From sequence record NC_062581.1: a stretch of 64,000 nucleotides of DNA; one strand, 5' to 3'. Below the pieces are notes generated by a model that searched no databases, was not told the origin of the DNA, and saw only the letters and a list, made by a program, of their open reading frames with translations. Numbering within the stretch: position 1 is the first letter of the stretch; each line of letters opens with the position of its first letter. A program made the position numbers and the translations under genes. Below, one piece after another: positions 58,239-64,000 of this stretch.

Positions 58239-60377
58239 TTGTATCAAGTCTCTGAAGAATACCAACAAAAGCTGCGAACTCGTAACATTGATGAAACGCT
58301 TCTAGGTAATGCTTGTCTTGACCCGTTCTACGGTACAACATCTTCTGCCCGTGGAGCAATGTTTCTATCGCACATCGGCCAGTCCCCTGAATCTGAAGGT
58401 TGTGAACCACGTCGTTTCCAAGCTGGTATGGAAATGCAATTCGGTGAATATACATTCGACATCAAGTTTCCTGTTGATTGTGTAATTCTTAATGTCATTC
58501 GTAAATACCCTACTTCGGGTATGGGTTCTGCAATCCGTCGTAATCCAATCACTACAATCGTGTTTGAACATTATTACGATAAGCATAAGACTAAAGACGT
58601 CTTGCATATCAGTGACTATTGTTCAATGCACCAAGACTTTGGCTTTAAGCTAGAGAAGAACAAAAAGGTAATGGAGAACTTGGCCCCAGGTCAAATGTTC
58701 GCCAAAGGTACTGTCATTGCACAAACCCGCGCGGTACGTGACGATGGCATGTGGGGTGCTGGTGTAAACATGAATGCAATGTTTATGTCCATGCCTGGTA
58801 CTATTGAAGACGGATTTGTATTCTCCGATCGTGCACTAGAAAAACTCAGCCCGCGTATCTACAACGATGCAATTGGTAATGCTGGTCGTAAAGCATTCTT
58901 CTTGAACATGTATGGTGATGAAAATCACTATAAACCATTCCCAGACATCGGTGATAAGATCCGAGCTGATGGTGTGGTATTTGCACTACGTGACCTTGAT
59001 CCTGATCTGTCACCTGCAGACATGACAACACGTGCACTGATGACACTCGACAGAACATTCGATCGAGCTACCATTGGTATTCCTGGTGCAACTGTAGTAG
59101 ACATTAATATCTTCCGTGATGATCGGGTAAACCCATCACATACTCCGTTGGGTATGGATGAACAGTTGATTAAATATCACACTGCACTGGCTAACTATTA
59201 TCGCGAGATCATGAAAGTCTATCAAGGCTTATATGGTCGTTGGAAAGATTCCCTACGCATCAGTCCAGCATTCCACCAACTGGTAGTAGAAGCACAAATC
59301 CATCTGCCTGTTAAACAGGATCAGCGTAAGCTCAGTCGTATGTATCGTCTGGAGCCTTTGGATGAGTGGCGTGTAAGTATTACTTACGAAGCAATCAAAA
59401 TGCCTGGTGGTGCTTATAAAGCTACTGACTGGCACGGCGGTAAAGGTGTTGTTTGTGAAGTAAAACCTTGGCAAGATATGCCTGTAGACCAATGGGGTAA
59501 CTATGCAGACGTAGTCATCTTTGGTGGTTCTACCATGCGTCGATCAAACTATGGTCGTCTGTATGAACAAGGCTTGGGTGCTGCTGCACGAGATCTGGTA
59601 CAACGTCTACGTGTAGAGAAAGGATTGGATCGTCATGAGACGCCAACCGAAGCACAATTGAAAGCAGTGATGGCAGATCGTGAATGGGTTGATTATGCTT
59701 TTAAAGAGCTAATTGATTTCTATAACATCGTAGCTCCATCCATGCCAGAAATCTTGCTGGATAATCCTGAGCCAGCACAACATGTTTATCACGTACTGCG
59801 TGATCAGTATTACTTGTATACCCCGGTAACCGATCAAGTAAGTTTGATGGAGTGTGTTAACAAAGTAACCAATTCCCGTTTCTGTCCAAACTTTGGACCT
59901 GTCACTTATCGTGACCAAGCTGGTCGTCAAGTAACTACTGTCAAGAATGTATTGTCGGGTTATCTTTACATCATGTTGTTGGAAAAGATCGGTGAAGACT
60001 GGTCTGCTGTTGCTTCTGTTAAAACACAACCATTCGGTTTGCCCTCTAAACTGAATAACTCGGATCGTGCATCTACACCGGGTCGTGAAACAGCTATTCG
60101 TTCTTGTGGCGAATCGGAAACTCGTTCGTATAACTCGGTAGTAGGTCCAGAACCAACTAACGAACTGATTGACCAAACGAACAATCCTCAAGCACACATC
60201 GCTGTAGTTAACGCAATCATGACTGCAGAAAAACCAACTGATATTCCACGGGCAGTAGACCGAACTGTTATTCCTTTCGGTAACTCGCGCCCCGTTGCAT
60301 TGCTAAACCATTTGCTGGAATGTCGAGGTTTGAAACTCGTATACAAACCAGACTCTGTAATTCGTTACGCTGCTTGA
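58239..60377 (+). CDS. non-virion RNA polymerase beta subunit, C-terminal part (phiKZ gp71-73-like), uninterrupted
   Basis: 712 aa; SSARG.MF.SH, EDG, YKATDWHGGKGVV, GESE motifs; TTG start. Confidence 0.92.
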   Translation: MYQVSEEYQQKLRTRNIDETLLGNACLDPFYGTTSSARGAMFLSHIGQSPESEGCEPRRFQAGMEMQFGEYTFDIKFPVDCVILNVIRKYPTSGMGSAIRRNPITTIVFEHYYDKHKTKDVLHISDYCSMHQDFGFKLEKNKKVMENLAPGQMFAKGTVIAQTRAVRDDGMWGAGVNMNAMFMSMPGTIEDGFVFSDRALEKLSPRIYNDAIGNAGRKAFFLNMYGDENHYKPFPDIGDKIRADGVVFALRDLDPDLSPADMTTRALMTLDRTFDRATIGIPGATVVDINIFRDDRVNPSHTPLGMDEQLIKYHTALANYYREIMKVYQGLYGRWKDSLRISPAFHQLVVEAQIHLPVKQDQRKLSRMYRLEPLDEWRVSITYEAIKMPGGAYKATDWHGGKGVVCEVKPWQDMPVDQWGNYADVVIFGGSTMRRSNYGRLYEQGLGAAARDLVQRLRVEKGLDRHETPTEAQLKAVMADREWVDYAFKELIDFYNIVAPSMPEILLDNPEPAQHVYHVLRDQYYLYTPVTDQVSLMECVNKVTNSRFCPNFGPVTYRDQAGRQVTTVKNVLSGYLYIMLLEKIGEDWSAVASVKTQPFGLPSKLNNSDRASTPGRETAIRSCGESETRSYNSVVGPEPTNELIDQTNNPQAHIAVVNAIMTAEKPTDIPRAVDRTVIPFGNSRPVALLNHLLECRGLKLVYKPDSVIRYAA

Positions 60378-60384
60378 GGTATAG

Positions 60385-62358
60385 ATGAATCATTATAAAG
60401 CCCGTGACTTGCTTAACCTGTCTTATGAACAGCTGTGGGCTCTGCCTTCAGAATGGCATGTCATTGAGTTTGATGATGGAGAAAAGTTGCTTGCACGTGA
60501 TCGGATAACTAAGTTATCCGTTCTGAACTGGTATCCACTGAAAGCTTACCCGGAAGTACCAATCCTAAAAGACTATCACATGGGTTCTAAACGAGTGACT
60601 GCAAAGTCTCTCATTACCTATTTGAACAAAGTCATCTGGGGTATTCACGATCACACCAATGAAGTTGCTGATCCAGAACATTTGGCTCGGCTTGCAATTG
60701 AAACAGTTAACTGGTTGTATAATGAAGCTACAGTAGCGTTGTCGCCATATGTAGCTACACTGTCAATGTTTGACATTGCAGAAGTGTATAACCATCCAGC
60801 TATTCGTGAAGCAAACGAAAACGTAGAGGAATCAACGTATGGTATTGAAGGCGTTGCCTACAAGAAAATTGGGGCGGCGTTTGACGATGTTGCAAACTTT
60901 CGTGGTAACTCCATCATCGAAGGTTATCGTTCTGGCACACAGAAGCTTGAGCAGTTGCTACAGGCATTTGGTCCACGAGGCTACCCGACAGATATCAACT
61001 CGGATATTTTCGCGCACCCAGTAACGGTAGGCTATGTAGATGGTATCTGGGATCTGTACGGTTCCATGATTGAATCTCGTTCGGGTACCAAAGCACTTCT
61101 TTACAACAAAGAGTTGCTGCGGGTTACCGAATACTTCAACCGTAAATCTCAGCTGATTGCACAGTACGTCCAACGACTTCATCGTGGCGATTGTGGTACA
61201 CCAATCCTGATTGATTTCCCGGTATTGAAGAGCACGCTAAAAGCATTGCGCGGTAAGTATTACCTGCGCAGTGATGGTGTGATGGATTGGATGCGGGGTA
61301 ACGAAGATCATCTGATTGGTACGATGATTAAGATGCGTTCCGTACTGGGTTGTACACACCCAGATCCATCTGGTGTTTGTTCTCGTTGTTATGGTCGATT
61401 GTCATTCTCGATCATGCGCGGTACAAACATCGGTCAAGTATCGGCTGTATCGATGGGTGACAAAATTACCTCATCGGTATTGTCTACTAAACATACCGAC
61501 GCAACATCTGCAGTAGAACAGTTCCAGATCACTGGTGCTGTTGCACGTTATCTCCGTGATGGGGATCAGAGTGAAACGTTGTACTTGAAAAATAACTTGG
61601 CTAACCAAGGATATAGGCTAGTCATCAAATCGTCTGAAGCTACATCGCTGGCTGACGTATTGATGATTAAAGATCTCTCGGCTTACCCAGCTGAAAGTGC
61701 ATCCGAACTGACTCACATTGGTTTGATTCGCACAGTTGAAGGGGAAGACATGGGTGACATCTTACCGGTATCGTTGTATAACCGGAAAGCAAGTCTGTCC
61801 ACGGAAATGCTCTGTCATGTACAACGTGTAGGCTGGCAGCCTGACAACCGCGATAACATCGTAGTTGATCTAGCAGGGTTCGACTTCTCACAACCATTCT
61901 TAACGTTGCCTTATAAGCACGTTAACATGTACGAGTTCATGAAACGCGTACAATCGTTCTTGCACTCCGGTGACAATGGCGATGGTTCTAAGCTGTCATC
62001 AGACAAAGTAGGTTTCACCACCAAAACTTATCTGAAGAACTATAAAGACCCAGTCGATGCGTTAGCTGCATTCGCAAGTTTGATTAACGAAAAGATTCGT
62101 CTGAACGTTGTTCATTGCGAAGTTCTGGTATACGCTATGATGATCGTATCGGCGTCTACTAAAGACTATCGTTTGCCAGTCCCTGGTATTACGGGTCAGT
62201 TTGAGAAATATAACAAGCTGATGGATAACCGTAGTTTGTCCAGCAAATTGGCATTTGAAAAGCAGCATGAGCCACTCAATAACCCAGGCAGCTTCCTGTA
62301 TAAAGACAGGAACGACCACCCTTACGACACAGCAGTCATGGGGGGTTGCATGTCCTAA
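60385..62358 (+). CDS. non-virion RNA polymerase beta' subunit, C-terminal part (phiKZ gp74-like)
   Basis: 657 aa; GPRG, DCGT, RS.LGC...GVCSRCYG Zn site, LSTKH. Confidence 0.92.
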   Translation: MNHYKARDLLNLSYEQLWALPSEWHVIEFDDGEKLLARDRITKLSVLNWYPLKAYPEVPILKDYHMGSKRVTAKSLITYLNKVIWGIHDHTNEVADPEHLARLAIETVNWLYNEATVALSPYVATLSMFDIAEVYNHPAIREANENVEESTYGIEGVAYKKIGAAFDDVANFRGNSIIEGYRSGTQKLEQLLQAFGPRGYPTDINSDIFAHPVTVGYVDGIWDLYGSMIESRSGTKALLYNKELLRVTEYFNRKSQLIAQYVQRLHRGDCGTPILIDFPVLKSTLKALRGKYYLRSDGVMDWMRGNEDHLIGTMIKMRSVLGCTHPDPSGVCSRCYGRLSFSIMRGTNIGQVSAVSMGDKITSSVLSTKHTDATSAVEQFQITGAVARYLRDGDQSETLYLKNNLANQGYRLVIKSSEATSLADVLMIKDLSAYPAESASELTHIGLIRTVEGEDMGDILPVSLYNRKASLSTEMLCHVQRVGWQPDNRDNIVVDLAGFDFSQPFLTLPYKHVNMYEFMKRVQSFLHSGDNGDGSKLSSDKVGFTTKTYLKNYKDPVDALAAFASLINEKIRLNVVHCEVLVYAMMIVSASTKDYRLPVPGITGQFEKYNKLMDNRSLSSKLAFEKQHEPLNNPGSFLYKDRNDHPYDTAVMGGCMS

Positions 62359-62375
62359 GCGGAGGACGAGAAGTG

Positions 62376-62395
62376 TGGAGGACTTCGGTCCTCCA
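62376..62395 (+). terminator. hairpin terminator
   Basis: TGGAGGAC-TTCG-GTCCTCCA. Confidence 0.82.
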
Positions 62396-62413
62396 TTACC
62401 TCGTTAATTTTTT

Positions 62414-63940
62414 ATGGACCCACTGATTACAGCCGAACGGTATACCCACGGGGTAAGACTGTCTGGCTATTCCAGGGAGACGTTGTATAAAATGCAACGC
62501 TTCTTGGATACGTTATTGCTCCGAGAACCGACTAAAGTCCAAGGCCGTATGGTCATGGTTACTAAGAAGAAGTATTACGGCATAACGGAAGATAACCGTA
62601 GCATCTTTATCCACCGTAATTCTTACGCAGCTATGGTGGCACATCTGGCTAACGTGGGTGTGCCAGAGGACCGGATCAAGGTAATTGACATTCCTGTTCC
62701 GTATGCAGCCCCTGCAACATTCGTAGTAAAAGAAAAGTTTTCTTTAAGGGATTACCAGAAAACCATTCTGGAAGATATTCTTCGAGCACATCTACATTCT
62801 GCTCGGGTAGATCTACAGACCGGTAAAGGTAAAACATACACTAGCCTGGAAGCACAGTCTGCACTGGGTTGTCGTACCGTAATCATGGTTCCACCTAAGT
62901 ACTTCGGTATTTGGGAAGAAGCTTTGAAAGACGTGTACGAAGATATTGATTTGCGTTATGTGAGAGTAAGTGGTTCAGCTGAACTGCAGATGATGATCAA
63001 CCGTGGCATTGAGGATGATCTTGCAGGTATTGATGTTATCTTGATCTCTAACGTTACCTACCGAGCTTACCTAGACACCTTTGAACGTCTAGGTGACAAG
63101 ATAGACACGGTAGGTTATAACGCACCACCACCGCGCTTCCATGAGGCGTTAAAAGTTGGTCTGCAAATCAACGATGAGATTCAAGAAGATCCAGGTTTGT
63201 TGTTTCGTACGGACATGTATACCAACGTAGCCAAACAGATCTATCTATCAGCAACACCTTTTACTGGTAATGATTATGTTACCAAAATGATTGACTTGAT
63301 GTTGCCTCCGGAAACAGCTTGTCGTCTACCTTCTTACGATTCGTATATCAACGTCGTGGGTGTTCTGTACAGCGAGCCTGAAATCCAATCACGTGATTAC
63401 TTGACTCCTTTTAAGAACACGTATAACCATGCGCGTTATGAAACACAGATGATGAAATCCAAGAAACGTCTGGAGCGGTATAACCAGATGGTTGCTCGGA
63501 TACTCTATGGACAGTACATTGTCGATCGGATTCAAGAACAAAAAGCTTTAGTGTTGTGTGCAACTACAGCGTTTATTGATCAGTTAGTTAAGTTCTTGAA
63601 AGAGAAATATCCTGACCTTCAGATTAATGAACACTATTCGGGTTCACCTTATTCCAGGTTAATGGAAAACGATATTACGGTCTCGACGATTAAGTCTTCG
63701 GGTACTGGTGTTGACATTCCTAACTTGCGTGAGTTGATTCTATTGCAAGCAACTGACTCCAAGAAAGATAACATTCAAATTCTTGGCCGTCTACGCAAAC
63801 TCAAATTGTTTGCTGATGTGATTCCACGGATGACATACCTAGTGTGTCAGCACATACCTCAGCATGTGAAATATCATCGGAGTAAGGCTGACCATTTCTT
63901 GGGTAAAGCTTTGAACATGGCACTGCGTAAAATTAGTTAA
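62414..63940 (+). CDS. superfamily 2 DNA/RNA helicase (phiKZ gp75-like)
   Basis: LRDYQ, TGKGKT, DEIQ, SATP, GTGVDIPNL, QILGRLR motifs. Confidence 0.92.
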   Translation: MDPLITAERYTHGVRLSGYSRETLYKMQRFLDTLLLREPTKVQGRMVMVTKKKYYGITEDNRSIFIHRNSYAAMVAHLANVGVPEDRIKVIDIPVPYAAPATFVVKEKFSLRDYQKTILEDILRAHLHSARVDLQTGKGKTYTSLEAQSALGCRTVIMVPPKYFGIWEEALKDVYEDIDLRYVRVSGSAELQMMINRGIEDDLAGIDVILISNVTYRAYLDTFERLGDKIDTVGYNAPPPRFHEALKVGLQINDEIQEDPGLLFRTDMYTNVAKQIYLSATPFTGNDYVTKMIDLMLPPETACRLPSYDSYINVVGVLYSEPEIQSRDYLTPFKNTYNHARYETQMMKSKKRLERYNQMVARILYGQYIVDRIQEQKALVLCATTAFIDQLVKFLKEKYPDLQINEHYSGSPYSRLMENDITVSTIKSSGTGVDIPNLRELILLQATDSKKDNIQILGRLRKLKLFADVIPRMTYLVCQHIPQHVKYHRSKADHFLGKALNMALRKIS

Positions 63941-63944
63941 TAGG

Positions 63945-63962
63945 GCTCACCTTCGGGTGAGC
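63945..63962 (+). terminator. hairpin terminator
   Basis: GCTCACC-TTCG-GGTGAGC then TTTATGTC. Confidence 0.88.
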
Positions 63963-64000
63963 TTTATGTCATTTCTTTTGGAGGCTGTATGAATATGTTG

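Noticed and set aside
62352-62395. Duplicated GGAGGAC allowing an alternative hairpin before the terminator
   Set aside because: Both pairings leave a stem; no convincing attenuator logic.
1-64000. CRISPR arrays, tRNA genes, inteins, stop-codon recoding
   Set aside because: No regularly spaced repeats or cloverleaves with TTCRA arms seen; core proteins are of normal length under the standard code.

Overview
This 64 kb window comes from a nucleus-forming jumbo phage of the phiKZ/201phi2-1/PhiPA3 type (Chimalliviridae), with colinear core blocks. In order it carries: DHFR; terminase large subunit; virion proteins; tail sheath and tube; an accessory region of early genes; PhuZ tubulin; a CX5R phosphatase fusion; a family-B DNA polymerase; an RlaP-like nucleotidyltransferase; chimallin (ChmA); intron-free non-virion RNA polymerase subunits; an SbcD-like nuclease; a ChmC-like protein; gp68/gp69 (PicA/Imp1)/gp70 orthologues; and an SF2 helicase. 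Phage early promoters (CTATATTAC, often ATCTCAGATCTATATTAC) and GC-rich hairpin terminators, mostly with UUCG loops, punctuate the window. No tRNA or CRISPR array was seen. The most interesting unexplained structures are: (1) a ~370-nt, ORF-free, heavily base-paired RNA directly 3' of chmA, plus a pseudoknot-like element 5' of it; (2) a G9-ACCCTTT-G7 palindrome between convergent TATG motifs, a candidate transcription-primed origin; (3) a near-consensus host sigma70 promoter on an AT-rich mini-island; (4) two paralogous GIY-YIG genes wedged between early promoters and resident genes; (5) a recurring CATA...hairpin...TATGYCG terminator cassette. Family assignments rest on motifs, synteny and recalled reference sequences; no searches or folding programs were run.
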